DNA of 60,717 nt from an uncultured Thermoplasmata archaeon (lineage in GTDB: Archaea > Thermoplasmatota > Thermoplasmata > Halarchaeoplasmatales > Halarchaeoplasmataceae), in contig CAZPCW010000004.1 of NCBI GenBank assembly GCA_964585175.1, forward strand, positions 1-60,717, given 5' to 3'. The translations under genes were made by a program, and so were the position numbers. Position 1 is the first letter of the stretch. The number at the start of each line of letters is the position of its first letter. Below the pieces are notes generated by a model. It made no database searches. It had not been told where the DNA came from and saw only the letters and a list, made by a program, of their open reading frames with translations. Of the stretch, positions 47,636 to 56,593 are shown one piece after another.

Positions 47636-48393
47636 AAGAAGAGTCTATCTTTCATAAATTCGATCCACGCTCCAAGTTGTTCTTCATTTTAGTGATTATA
47701 GTCTTGTCTCTTTTGATTCCTGAGTCTCTTTACCTGGGTATTCTCCTATTGATCATAGTTTTTACTGCCATAGCGGGTAAAACATTTAGAGATCTATTAA
47801 GATATCTATCACCTCTAAAATACCTTATCCCGCTCTTATTGATATTGAACCTGTTTTTCTATGCCCAAGGAGAGGTTTTTTGGAGTATCGATCTAAAACT
47901 CTTCGCTTTATCGGTCACTTCAGGCGGCTTTGAAAGATCGATAATGATTCTGCTTAGGTTCTTTTCTATAGCCAGTGCAGCCGCTTTATTCGCTGTGACT
48001 ACAGATACAGAGAAATTCGAATCGGCGCTGGTCAGATTAAAGATCCCCTGGAAACTGGCCTTCATTTTCTCACTAACCCTCCGTTTGGTCCCGGATATCA
48101 GAAGACGGTACAGGAAGATAGAGGAGGCTCAATTATCTCGAGGGCTGGATCTTGAAGGCGGACCGATAAAAAAAATAAAAGCACGGGTGCCGATGGTGAT
48201 ACCTTTCTTAGCTTCGGTGATAAGATATGGATATGATCTCACCGAAGCTCTAAAAGCTAGAAACTTTAACAGTATCACAGAAAGGACCGATTTGATCCAA
48301 CTCGATCAAGGGGTATATGACTATCTGTTGTACGCGGCTTCGATCGGAATTTTTTGTATTTTGATTTATATGAGATTTGTACGAGCTCTGTGA
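47632..48393 (+). CDS. ecfT: ECF transporter transmembrane (T) component
   Basis: CbiQ/EcfT-like pattern with conserved ARG-type coupling helices (LRLVPDIRRRYRKIEEAQLSRG). Confidence 0.85.
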   Translation: MKEESIFHKFDPRSKLFFILVIIVLSLLIPESLYLGILLLIIVFTAIAGKTFRDLLRYLSPLKYLIPLLLILNLFFYAQGEVFWSIDLKLFALSVTSGGFERSIMILLRFFSIASAAALFAVTTDTEKFESALVRLKIPWKLAFIFSLTLRLVPDIRRRYRKIEEAQLSRGLDLEGGPIKKIKARVPMVIPFLASVIRYGYDLTEALKARNFNSITERTDLIQLDQGVYDYLLYAASIGIFCILIYMRFVRAL

Positions 48394-48415
48394 AGATTTA
48401 AACAGCTTGAGATGA

Positions 48416-49249
48416 TCACTCCATCTTTCTTTCCTGTAACTCCTTTTCTATTTCTTCTTTTGACATCGGCATAACCGATTCGGCTATAGTCACACCTTCA
48501 TCCCCGTCGAATTTACCGCCGTATTCCAGTTTACCGTCCACGTTCACGCCCTGGTTCATCTTCACATCTCCTATGGCGATGACATCCTTGACAGCTACTT
48601 CTTTACCCAGATTTACATCTCCAGAAGATTCTATGTCTTTAGTTGAGCTCTTCTCTCCGATGTTCAAATCTACGCCTCTAACTAGTCCTTTCACTTCGGA
48701 TTTATTGCCTATATCTATAGAACCGGTTTCAGATATAACTCGGCCGTTTATCTGGACTTGATCTCCAATATCTATCTCACCGTTTATTTCAACCGAACCG
48801 TTAACTTTCACTGAATTTTCGATCACTATATCGCTTTCACATTTGATGTCACCGTTCACTTCTGTACCTTCTGGTATTTCCGTCTCTTTTTTTGCGTTCA
48901 CAGCGTACTCGTCGGCTTTATAATCTTCCAGTTCCTCGACCAACTCTTCATTTTCCTCGTTAAGCTCATCGATCTCTTTCCGCATATTGAAAATTTCTTC
49001 TCCCAATCTATCGATCAGTTTCTCCGTATCTTTTGGAAAATCGACATCTTCTTCAGTAGCCTTGTCTAGAATATCTTTGATATCTTCGGTTTGCTCATCC
49101 AGCATATTTTTCTTTTCCTTGAGTACTTTCCGTTTTTCGTTCTCTAGCTTTTTATTTTTATCGTTTAGTTTCTTGATTTTATTTTTGAGTTTCTTAACTC
49201 TTTTGCGGTAGGCTTTGACTTTCTCCTCCGCCTCCTTATCTTCGAACAT
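48416..49249 (-). CDS. Bactofilin-like (beta-helical polymer-forming) protein with an N-terminal K/E coiled coil
   Basis: The C-terminal ~130 aa is a run of short V/I-x-G/N repeats (VKVNGSVEINGEIDIGDQVQINGRVISETGSIDIGNKSEVKGLV...), typical of the bactofilin/DUF583 fold. Confidence 0.65.
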   Translation of the reverse strand: MFEDKEAEEKVKAYRKRVKKLKNKIKKLNDKNKKLENEKRKVLKEKKNMLDEQTEDIKDILDKATEEDVDFPKDTEKLIDRLGEEIFNMRKEIDELNEENEELVEELEDYKADEYAVNAKKETEIPEGTEVNGDIKCESDIVIENSVKVNGSVEINGEIDIGDQVQINGRVISETGSIDIGNKSEVKGLVRGVDLNIGEKSSTKDIESSGDVNLGKEVAVKDVIAIGDVKMNQGVNVDGKLEYGGKFDGDEGVTIAESVMPMSKEEIEKELQERKME

Positions 49250-49312
49250 GAATAATCAACGAGTACAGTACGTTCTAACCTTATAAGTTTTTTAGTATCT
49301 TGTCGAATTTTC

Positions 49313-49325
49313 AAAAAAAAAAAAA
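49313..49325 (-). terminator. T13 tract (A13 on the + strand) just downstream of the GrpB-family gene
   Basis: A homopolymer of 13 begins 10 nt after the stop codon of the minus-strand gene ending at 49335. Confidence 0.45.
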
Positions 49326-49334
49326 CAATAGAGT

Positions 49335-49877
49335 TCAGATTATCTCCTCTAGAACTCTTTCAATAAATTTCGTTTTTCCCTCGGTATATGCCATCAGATC
49401 GTCCTTGTGTTCCCTTGCGAGTTTTCTCTTCAGATCGCCGTATCTCTTTTTACTATCTGGATTTTCACGTAGATAATCTCTGAATTCAAGATGTCTCTCT
49501 AACTCTCTACTGTCCTCGGGGCAGACATAAAGATGATGGGAGTACTTTTCCGAACGATTGCCGTTCCATGGGACCGTTCTGTCCTTTCTCTTAAAAGATT
49601 CTCTTCCCTCGATCCCGAAATCACCCTGGTATTCGTAACCGAGAGTCGATAACTCTCTTTTGATGTCAGAAAAATCGGAATAATCCTTTATCACCATGTC
49701 TATATCGATATTGGGTTTAGCACATAGACCAGGGACGGCGGTACTTCCTACGTGCTTTACGTCCACGATCGACTTTTTAAGATTTTCCAAAAAAATATCT
49801 TTCAATTCTTGAAATATGTTAGGCCATTCTGGATTATAATCGATCACCTTCAGTTTGTTTTTTCTATGCTGACTCAA
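49335..49877 (-). CDS. GrpB-family (UPF0157) nucleotidyltransferase-fold protein
   Basis: VKHVGSTAVPGLCAKPNIDIDMVI and HHLYVC motifs. Confidence 0.8.
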   Translation of the reverse strand: MSQHRKNKLKVIDYNPEWPNIFQELKDIFLENLKKSIVDVKHVGSTAVPGLCAKPNIDIDMVIKDYSDFSDIKRELSTLGYEYQGDFGIEGRESFKRKDRTVPWNGNRSEKYSHHLYVCPEDSRELERHLEFRDYLRENPDSKKRYGDLKRKLAREHKDDLMAYTEGKTKFIERVLEEII

Positions 49878-49998
49878 TATGGGCCCTCGAGTTTACAAAA
49901 AGAAATCAAAAGGAAACGGATTTAATTCTTTCCATGCGGATGTATCTTGGGGAAAAAACTAAATCTTCAGTTCTTATTTGACTGGAAGGGAGATAAGT

Positions 49999-50643
49999 AT
50001 GCGGATCCGATGGCATGGACATTCTTGTTTTGAGATAGGCGACGGAGAAAAAAAATTGATAACTGATCCACATGACGGAAGTAGCATTGGTATAAACCCT
50101 CCTCAGGTCGAAGGAGATATCATCCTAGTTTCTCACGATCATTACGATCACAACGCCACGAGACAGGTTCAAAAAGCGAGCAGCGAAGTGATCGAAGAGG
50201 TGGGCGAAAGGAGTGTTAATGGCGTCAAAATCGAAGGCATCGACTCCTATCATGACAAAAAAGGAGGAGAAAGGAGAGGCGAGAATATAATATACACTTT
50301 CGAGATGGACGGGACGAAATTCTGTCATCTCGGAGATCTTGGACATGACCTTGAGAAAGAGACCCTCGAAGATATAGGCGATATAGATTTTCTTTTCGTA
50401 CCGGTTGGAGGAACATTTACTATAGGACCGGAGGAAGCTAAGGAAGTTATAGATATGATAGAACCTAAGATAGCGGTCCCTATGCATTTCAAAACCGCCG
50501 GACTTTCACTCGATATCAAAACGATAGAGCCATTCCTATCTCAATTTTCCGAAGAAAAGATCCACAAGCTCGGTATTGAATTGGATTTTATAAAGCATGA
50601 TCTACCTGAAGATAGGACGGAGATATGGGTTTTCTCGTTATAA
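49999..50643 (+). CDS. Metallo-beta-lactamase-fold hydrolase (UPF0173-like)
   Basis: MRIRWHGHSCFEI...ITDPH...LVSHDHYDH...HLGDLGH...PMHF. Confidence 0.8.
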   Translation: MRIRWHGHSCFEIGDGEKKLITDPHDGSSIGINPPQVEGDIILVSHDHYDHNATRQVQKASSEVIEEVGERSVNGVKIEGIDSYHDKKGGERRGENIIYTFEMDGTKFCHLGDLGHDLEKETLEDIGDIDFLFVPVGGTFTIGPEEAKEVIDMIEPKIAVPMHFKTAGLSLDIKTIEPFLSQFSEEKIHKLGIELDFIKHDLPEDRTEIWVFSL

Positions 50644-50681
50644 GAGAAGATAGAAAAAACTAAAATAGATAAAGATAAAAT

Positions 50682-51341
50682 TTAGTCCTGGTCCTCTAGA
50701 TATTTTAGACCTTCTTCGATCCTACCCATCTCTATCGGAGTAGTCTCGTTTCCTATTACCGCACCTTTAGTGTTCGCCACTATACAAGTACCGATCCAGC
50801 CGGAACCGTGATTTGCAGTACCTTTACTGACCGGCACCTCAAAAAGTTTCTCTAACATTTCCATCTCGTCGTCTCCAACGTGAGGATGACAGAGAACACC
50901 TTTGTTAGTGGCGACCGCGACCGAACCGACCATCTTTATATCGGCTATCGTGCCTTTCTTAACCTTTATGTCCAGTTCAGAATCGATAGCTTTTTTGGCT
51001 TTATCTTCTATATCCGGATGGATCAATGCTCCCTGATCGTTCAACAATATGTTGTTGCCTAGAGCGTTCTGAACGTCGGGTATCACAGTAACGTCTACGT
51101 GTTCTGTAAGAGCATCGATCTCTCTTTCGTCAATTATGTCGGAAACAACGGCACCTTTCGAATTGATATCCATAAGAGATCCATTTACCCTAGTGCCTCC
51201 GATGGTAGTTTTGACTACTTTAGTCTCTAAAGCCTTCTCGAAAACCTCGCTTTTTACGGGAGGAATAACAGTTAAGTCTTCAGAGCTGGCGGAAAATACA
51301 CCGATATACGGGTGAGACTCTATCGCATGTTTTGTTAGCAT
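50682..51341 (-). CDS. eif6: Translation initiation factor 6 (aIF6)
   Basis: A five-fold pseudo-repeat with IGVF..S, N..GAVV, NNILLND.GALIHP and NKGVLCHP patterns. It lies in the conserved cluster with L31e and L39e. Confidence 0.9.
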   Translation of the reverse strand: MLTKHAIESHPYIGVFSASSEDLTVIPPVKSEVFEKALETKVVKTTIGGTRVNGSLMDINSKGAVVSDIIDEREIDALTEHVDVTVIPDVQNALGNNILLNDQGALIHPDIEDKAKKAIDSELDIKVKKGTIADIKMVGSVAVATNKGVLCHPHVGDDEMEMLEKLFEVPVSKGTANHGSGWIGTCIVANTKGAVIGNETTPIEMGRIEEGLKYLEDQD

Positions 51342-51344
51342 AGA

Positions 51345-51611
51345 TCACTCTCTCGGAATCGAAACCTCTACTATGCCATCCTCGAACTTGATAGCTTTGA
51401 CTTTGATCTTTGAGGGTGGTTTTTTGATGCCTTTATCCCAAATAGTTTCGTTGGTGCTCGAATCGATCCACACATCTTCCTGTGGGACGTTCATATTGTT
51501 TGCAACGAACTCTCTAATGATCTTCATCGCTTTTGAAGCTCTCTTACTTGCTGGAGTATTTTTCGCGTCCCTGAGCGGGATATTCAATATTCTTTCCTCT
51601 GGTTCTGCCAT
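51345..51611 (-). CDS. rpl31e: 50S ribosomal protein L31e
   Basis: ERILNIPLRDAK...KRASKAMKIIREFV...VWIDSSTNETIWDKGIKKPPSKIKV. Confidence 0.9.
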   Translation of the reverse strand: MAEPEERILNIPLRDAKNTPASKRASKAMKIIREFVANNMNVPQEDVWIDSSTNETIWDKGIKKPPSKIKVKAIKFEDGIVEVSIPRE

Positions 51612-51634
51612 GTTCTATCACCGTATTAAACTGG

Positions 51635-51790
51635 TTATTCGTCTATATCGTCCCTTCGCCAGTTCCTTCTCTTCGGATTTTCGGTATGCCTTCTGTTAGT
51701 TTTCTGCATTACCCATGCGGGGACTCTCTTATTTTGCTTTCCTTTCTTTAAAAGTCTGCGCTTCTTCGGCCCTGATTTGTTGCTTGACAT
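51635..51790 (-). CDS. rpl39e: 50S ribosomal protein L39e
   Basis: A 51-aa ORF not in the track: [51 protein letters not shown]. Confidence 0.9.
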   Translation of the reverse strand: MSSNKSGPKKRRLLKKGKQNKRVPAWVMQKTNRRHTENPKRRNWRRDDIDE

Positions 51791-51795
51791 CTGAT

Positions 51796-52137
51796 TTACC
51801 TCCTTTTGATATTGATTTCTTTCTTTTGATCGCTAAGCTTTTTTAATAATTTTTTAAGAGTCTGATCGTCGATTTTACCTTCAGTACCTCCTCTTTGTGC
51901 GAGTGCCAGGATTTGAGATTCTATTTTTTCAGCCAACTCCGGTCTCGCAATTCTAACATTTCCCAACCTCTCTCTCGCGTCCGGTGTCATGACCTTTCTG
52001 AGCATAGCCTTTTTCTGGGCTTCCATCTTCTCTTGGGCTTCTTCCTGAGCCTCTTCGGAGCCCTGTTTGTCTTTGAGCTCTTCCATCTTTTTCTTCTTTA
52101 TCTCTTCGAGCTTATCTTCATCGGCCATGGTTTTCAC
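51796..52137 (-). CDS. PDCD5/TFAR19-like DNA-binding protein
   Basis: [40 protein letters not shown]. It sits in the conserved position between S19e and L39e. Confidence 0.8.
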   Translation of the reverse strand: MKTMADEDKLEEIKKKKMEELKDKQGSEEAQEEAQEKMEAQKKAMLRKVMTPDARERLGNVRIARPELAEKIESQILALAQRGGTEGKIDDQTLKKLLKKLSDQKKEINIKRR

Positions 52138-52142
52138 CCTGA

Positions 52143-52598
52143 TCAGTCAAGATATTTTGAAAGTTCGGGGTTGTCTTTAGCCATCTCTTTCATTATGTCG
52201 TGTGCTATATTGTCGAGGAAAGATTGACCTTCAGACGTAACGGTTCTTCCTTCTTCTCCTTTTTCGACTAGTCCAGCATCTTCCAACTGCTGTAAACTCT
52301 CCCGTATTATCGAACCAGAACCCTTCACCGATTGTTCCGGTTTAGGTCCTCTCCTCTGTTTGCCTCCGTATTTAGCTTTGAGTCGAGAAACCCCTACCGG
52401 TCCTTGAACATAAACGCTCCTTAGTACTGCGGAAGTCCTGTCGAACCACCAATCAGTTTGATCGGGGGCTTTTTCTTTATGAATTCCCGTTTTTACGAAT
52501 TTCGACCAGTCGGGTTCTTGAACTTCGTTCATCTCCTTTATCTTCTCGCTTACTTCTTCTATCAGCTTGTTCGGAGGAACATCATATACTGTTACCAT
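52143..52598 (-). CDS. rps19e: 30S ribosomal protein S19e
   Basis: VYDVPPNKLIEEVSEKIKE...PDWSKFVKTGIHKEKAP...WWFDRTSAVLRSVY. Confidence 0.9.
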   Translation of the reverse strand: MVTVYDVPPNKLIEEVSEKIKEMNEVQEPDWSKFVKTGIHKEKAPDQTDWWFDRTSAVLRSVYVQGPVGVSRLKAKYGGKQRRGPKPEQSVKGSGSIIRESLQQLEDAGLVEKGEEGRTVTSEGQSFLDNIAHDIMKEMAKDNPELSKYLD

Positions 52599-52691
52599 AG
52601 GCTATTACACTCCAGATAAGATCAATGTTTTTAAGCATCATCTGCATACTTAGGACTTATTATTAAATATTTCCCTTGAAAGGATTTGTTC

Positions 52692-53648
52692 CTAAGAGTA
52701 TATCTCGGCGTTCAACCTCGGTATCATCGCATTGTAACATGCCGATTTTATACATTCTTTTCTCTCAACTTTACCGTCGGTCAAAAGATCTATTGCTCCA
52801 GTTTTTTCTGCCCCCTCTTCGAATACAACTTTCATCTTACTGCCGAGAGTTATTCCATTTTTCAATTCTTCCAGCCAATGGTCGGGGATCGGAAAACCGG
52901 GACCGTGCCCCATCGATCGATAACCACATTTATCTTCGATAACGACGTATTCCAGTGAAAAGGGACCGTTTTCAGTTTCGACTATACCGCTTTCCACGCC
53001 GATCCCGTAATCGAAACCTTCGGGAACTTTAGCTCTTTTTTTCGCTCCCTTGATGATCTCTTCGTTGAAAGGCTGTTCTTTTAAACCCTTTATCGGTTCT
53101 AGTTCCAACTCAAACTTGAAGTATTCAGAAAGTACTTCCTTCACACTCTCCTTTTTTAACTCGTTTACTGACCCTAGGTGAACCTTTACCGCGGTTATCC
53201 TATTACCTTCCTCGTCTATCTCCCCTTCTCTTATCCTCGTCGAACTTATCGGGAGTAGGTCTTCAGCTAAAACGGGTTCGATCTTGACTATTTCGAGTGG
53301 TTCTTTTCCTTTCTCTTTTCTCATCTCGTTTATCTTTTCTCCTCTTTCTTCAGTTTCATAGGAGACCACTAGGACTTCAAAATTTCCCTCTACCGCTTTT
53401 TTGTAAGGGTCGTTTATCTCAACTATTGACCAGTCGTCGTAAATAGAGAGAAAATTTTCTAGATTTTTTTTACGCGCTTCGTAAGAATGCAACGCTTCGG
53501 GTTTCCATTCTTCCAGCATCTCGTCCGAGACCAGTCCTACGGTGGTTTCACCTTCCTCTAAGGCCCTCCTCAAAAGTTTCTCGTGGCCGAGGTGGATATG
53601 ATCGAAGGTCCCTCCAACAATCACTTTTTTTGTCATGGTTATTTTCAA
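52692..53648 (-). CDS. Two-domain protein. The N-terminal domain is a cytidylyltransferase-fold archaeal phosphopantetheine adenylyltransferase-like domain. The C-terminal domain is a DUF84/YjjX-like non-canonical NTP pyrophosphatase domain.
   Basis: N-terminal VIVGGTFDHIHLGHEKLL (an HxGH nucleotidyltransferase motif) and ISSTRIR. The C-terminal ~160 aa has GIGVESGIVE...LEYVVIED pattern. Confidence 0.65.
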   Translation of the reverse strand: MKITMTKKVIVGGTFDHIHLGHEKLLRRALEEGETTVGLVSDEMLEEWKPEALHSYEARKKNLENFLSIYDDWSIVEINDPYKKAVEGNFEVLVVSYETEERGEKINEMRKEKGKEPLEIVKIEPVLAEDLLPISSTRIREGEIDEEGNRITAVKVHLGSVNELKKESVKEVLSEYFKFELELEPIKGLKEQPFNEEIIKGAKKRAKVPEGFDYGIGVESGIVETENGPFSLEYVVIEDKCGYRSMGHGPGFPIPDHWLEELKNGITLGSKMKVVFEEGAEKTGAIDLLTDGKVERKECIKSACYNAMIPRLNAEIYS

Positions 53649-53827
53649 TAGACGAAAGTGAAGTAAGATACTATTATGAGTACGATTAACAGGCCGTAAA
53701 ATATGTACTGTCTTTTCTTTCTCTTGCTCACGAGATCGTCGTATTCACTCCTGCATTTCTCTGAACAGAATTCCTCGTCTAAAGGTATCGGCTTTGAACA
53801 TATCTTGCAGTGCTTGTGCTGCTCCAT
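53645..53827 (-). CDS. DUF2116-like zinc-ribbon protein with a C-terminal TM helix
   Basis: HKHCKICSKPIPLDEEFCSEKC (CxxC...CxxxC), followed by YIFYGLLIVLIIVSYFTFV. Confidence 0.6.
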   Translation of the reverse strand: MEQHKHCKICSKPIPLDEEFCSEKCRSEYDDLVSKRKKRQYIFYGLLIVLIIVSYFTFVY

Positions 53828-53872
53828 AGATTTGAATATCGAAGGTATTAAATTACTTTTTTGTCGGAAATT

Positions 53873-55534
53873 TTATCTGTGACTGAATGTCGCTAGGAAG
53901 GGTTCCGTTTCCTGGATCTTAACGAAACCGTACCTTTCGAACTGGATCATATCTCCGACTTCGGTTTCGGTCAGGTTGTTCTCTCCTAGTCCTCTTTCCA
54001 AGGTAGAATCTAGTCTTTCCACCGCGACATCCAAACCGTCGCACAGCCACTGTATCTTCAATATGTCTTTGTTTTCGAAGCCGGTGATTTTTCCTTTCTT
54101 GCCGTCGAGCCGGATATTGCAGAAGTTCTTCAATCGTATTTCTTCGTCCTGGTTTTCCTCCCACTCTTCCCGAGGGATGAATACTTTTTTCCGTGTTTCT
54201 ATCTTTCTGTATCCTCTATCTGAGTCACCAGGATGTCTCGCTACTTTCGCTACTCCTGGCTGGACATCCCCTTCCAGTTCGATCTGCACGGGATCCGGTA
54301 TGAAAAAATATCTGTTAGCTTCTGGATCTATTATTTCACGATTTTTGGAGTATAGCTTGGAGGGCGCCACTTCGATATCGGTTTCCGACATGCCAAATTC
54401 GAGTATGAAGTCTCTTATCGCTTCTGGCTGAATACCTCTTCTTCTCAAAGCCTGCATCGTCCAAGTCCTCGGATCTTCCCATCCCTCGAATTCGCCGCTA
54501 GCGACTTTGCTCTGAAATTCGCTCTTGCTGAGTTTTACGTCTTCCAATCTCAGCATCCCGTAGTGCAGAAATTCGGGCTTCTCCCAACCGAAAAGATCCC
54601 AGATGTACTCTTCCATCCTATCTTCGATAACGAGGTCCTTTCCCCTTAGGATGTGAGTCATGCCCAGTAAGTGGTCGTCAATAGCCCATGAAAATTCCAG
54701 TAAAGGCCATACCGAATATTCGTGACCGACCCTGGGATGTTCATTTTTTGAAATACGGAATAAAACTCTGTCTCTGAAGGCGGGATCGGGATGCTGCATG
54801 TCCGTTTTGAGTCTGACGACAGCATCGCCTTCGTCCATCTCTCCTTCCAGCATCTTTTCCCAAAGCTCCAAATTTTTCTCTACCGAACGATCGCGGTGTT
54901 CGCACTCTTCACCCTCTTCGCGCATATCGCTCAAAGACTCCTGATCGCATTCGCATACGTAAGCTTCCCCCATCTCGATGATCTCTCTGCCGTACTTGTA
55001 GTACTTGTCCATCCTCTTGGACTTGTAATAAGTTTCATGCCACTCCACGTCCAACCATTCGAGCCCCTCTTTTATCATATCGTAAGCTTCGGGAAGGGGC
55101 TTTTTTTGCTCCGATCCAATGGTGTCGTCGTAGAAAAGAACCAGAGTTCCGTCGTTCCTTTTGACGTATTCGTCGTTCAGTATGACCATCCTCGCATTCC
55201 CGATGTGGAGTGGACCGGAAGGATAAGGAGCCATCCTCATCTTCACGTCTTCAGCTTCTAGCTCAGGAAGTCTATTTTCTTCTTCCTCCTCTTCCTCTTC
55301 GAAAAATTCCGGCATCAATTCTTCCAATTCATTTTTCTGTTCTTCAAGAGAGAGTTGATTGACCTCTTCGACTATCTCGTTGACTAGTTCCTGCGTTCCG
55401 GCGGGGTCTTCTCTACATTCATCACATTCCCCCATTACTTTTCCCATGACAGCACCGGAGGTACCTTCCCCCTCGAATTTCACGGCGTTTTTAAGAGCGA
55501 ACTTCCTGATAATTTTTCTTTTCTCATCGGACAT
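53873..55534 (-). CDS. gltX: Glutamyl-tRNA synthetase (archaeal type)
   Basis: APYPSGPLHIGNARM (HIGH) and VKLSKSE (KMSKS-type) motifs, 553 aa. Confidence 0.95.
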   Translation of the reverse strand: MSDEKRKIIRKFALKNAVKFEGEGTSGAVMGKVMGECDECREDPAGTQELVNEIVEEVNQLSLEEQKNELEELMPEFFEEEEEEEENRLPELEAEDVKMRMAPYPSGPLHIGNARMVILNDEYVKRNDGTLVLFYDDTIGSEQKKPLPEAYDMIKEGLEWLDVEWHETYYKSKRMDKYYKYGREIIEMGEAYVCECDQESLSDMREEGEECEHRDRSVEKNLELWEKMLEGEMDEGDAVVRLKTDMQHPDPAFRDRVLFRISKNEHPRVGHEYSVWPLLEFSWAIDDHLLGMTHILRGKDLVIEDRMEEYIWDLFGWEKPEFLHYGMLRLEDVKLSKSEFQSKVASGEFEGWEDPRTWTMQALRRRGIQPEAIRDFILEFGMSETDIEVAPSKLYSKNREIIDPEANRYFFIPDPVQIELEGDVQPGVAKVARHPGDSDRGYRKIETRKKVFIPREEWEENQDEEIRLKNFCNIRLDGKKGKITGFENKDILKIQWLCDGLDVAVERLDSTLERGLGENNLTETEVGDMIQFERYGFVKIQETEPFLATFSHR

Positions 55535-55622
55535 AGTGGTGGAATAACAAAGATTGGTATATGGGTTTTTGCCTTAATAGAAAAGTTGGACTTCTTTCCT
55601 TTAGATTTATTATTGAAAAAAG

Positions 55623-55738
55623 GTAAGGGGTCGGTTTTAGACCCCAAAGTTCTCACGGGTTTGTGAGGCGGATTGCATTACTAACAATAGAGCATTATCT
55701 ATTTATATTATACGGATTGATTATACAGACCGATAATC
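55623..55738. repeat. Structured intergenic repeat, copy 1 (candidate sRNA gene on the minus strand)
   Basis: Hairpins GGGGTC-N7-GACCCC (55627-45), CTCAC-N6-GTGAG (55652-67) and GATTGATTAT-N8-ATAATCAATC (55716-43). An invariant 20-mer TGAGGCGGATTGCATTACTA (55664-83). An A/T box ATTTATATTATA. Confidence 0.8.
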
Positions 55739-55823
55739 AATCGACTTAACATTCTTACCTGATATCTCGAGTACAGCCTTAAGAGCCTTTTTACTATATT
55801 TTTGGAAAAAGGAGGAAAGAATA

Positions 55824-55938
55824 GTAAGGGGTCTTTTTTAGACCCCATGCCCTCACGGGTGTCTGAGGCGGATTGCATTACTAGTAAGGGTGCATTATCT
55901 AAATATATTATACGGGCCAATTATCTAGACCGATAATC
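55824..55938. repeat. Structured intergenic repeat, copy 2 (200-201 nt downstream of copy 1)
   Basis: Same architecture as copy 1: GGGGTC-N7-GACCCC (55828-46), the identical 20-mer (55864-83), an A/T box AAATATATTATA, and a hairpin ATTATC-N6-GATAAT. It is roughly four-fifths identical to copy 1 by eye. Confidence 0.8.
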
Positions 55939-55945
55939 GTTTGCT

Positions 55946-56593
55946 CTAACTATCTTCGGTTATAGTCTCGATTACTGTCTCGAAAGCCCTTTTCATCGTC
56001 TCTATTCCCATGCTGGGCGGATTTTCTTTTTTATCCACGGCCTGCTCGGGAAGCAGAGGTATGTGGATGAATACGTAATCTATGTCCAAGTCGTTGGTCT
56101 CCACGTAGTGAGCGGTGGAATAGATAACGTGATTGCAGACGTAAGTTCCGGCAGAGTATGATAGGTATGAGGGTATGCCTTCATCCTTTACAGCCTCTAC
56201 GATCTCTCTGTCTGACAGTGTAGTTCGATACGCTAGCGGACCTTTTTCTTCTATCTTTTCATCTGTTGGCTCGTTCCCGGCGTTGTCTTCAATCCTCGCG
56301 TCTTCCATATTGAGCGCTACTCTTTCAACTCTGATCCCGTGGGTACCGTTCGCTAGGCCAACATGAAGCACTATATCTGGTTCGTACTCCTCTATCAGTT
56401 CTTCGACCTTTTCTGACGACTCCCCATAAACGGTGGGTATCTTTTTACCGATCACTTCATATCCGTTTTTCTCCACGCCGTCAAATTCTTGAGCGAGCTG
56501 TGAAGCGGGATTTACACTCTCTTCTCCGAAGGCTTCGAATCCGGTCATCAAGATTTTTTTGTTGCCACCGGAGGATCGGTCATTTTCACTCAT
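55946..56593 (-). CDS. pcp: Pyrrolidone-carboxylate (pyroglutamyl) peptidase I
   Basis: KILMTGFEAFGEESVNPAS, catalytic Cys in AGTYVCNHVIY, and His in FIHIP. Confidence 0.9.
   Translation of the reverse strand: MSENDRSSGGNKKILMTGFEAFGEESVNPASQLAQEFDGVEKNGYEVIGKKIPTVYGESSEKVEELIEEYEPDIVLHVGLANGTHGIRVERVALNMEDARIEDNAGNEPTDEKIEEKGPLAYRTTLSDREIVEAVKDEGIPSYLSYSAGTYVCNHVIYSTAHYVETNDLDIDYVFIHIPLLPEQAVDKKENPPSMGIETMKRAFETVIETITEDS

Noticed and set aside
49313-49325. An A13/T13 homopolymer considered as a phase-variation tract upstream of the bactofilin-like gene.
   Set aside because: It lies 10 nt after the stop of the GrpB gene on the same strand, where an oligo-T terminator is expected. It is more than 60 nt from the bactofilin-like start and outside any coding frame.
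53873-55534. The ~100-aa region before the HIGH motif of GluRS, considered as a possible novel N-terminal fusion.
   Set aside because: The total length (553 aa) and the position of the HIGH motif are in the range I recall for archaeal-type GluRS, so I do not consider it unusual.
55708-55920. Track ORF of 70 aa in the pcp-gltX spacer.
   Set aside because: It starts inside repeat copy 2 and ends inside copy 1. It has no ribosome-binding or promoter logic of its own and no recognisable motifs. The region is better explained by the structured repeats.
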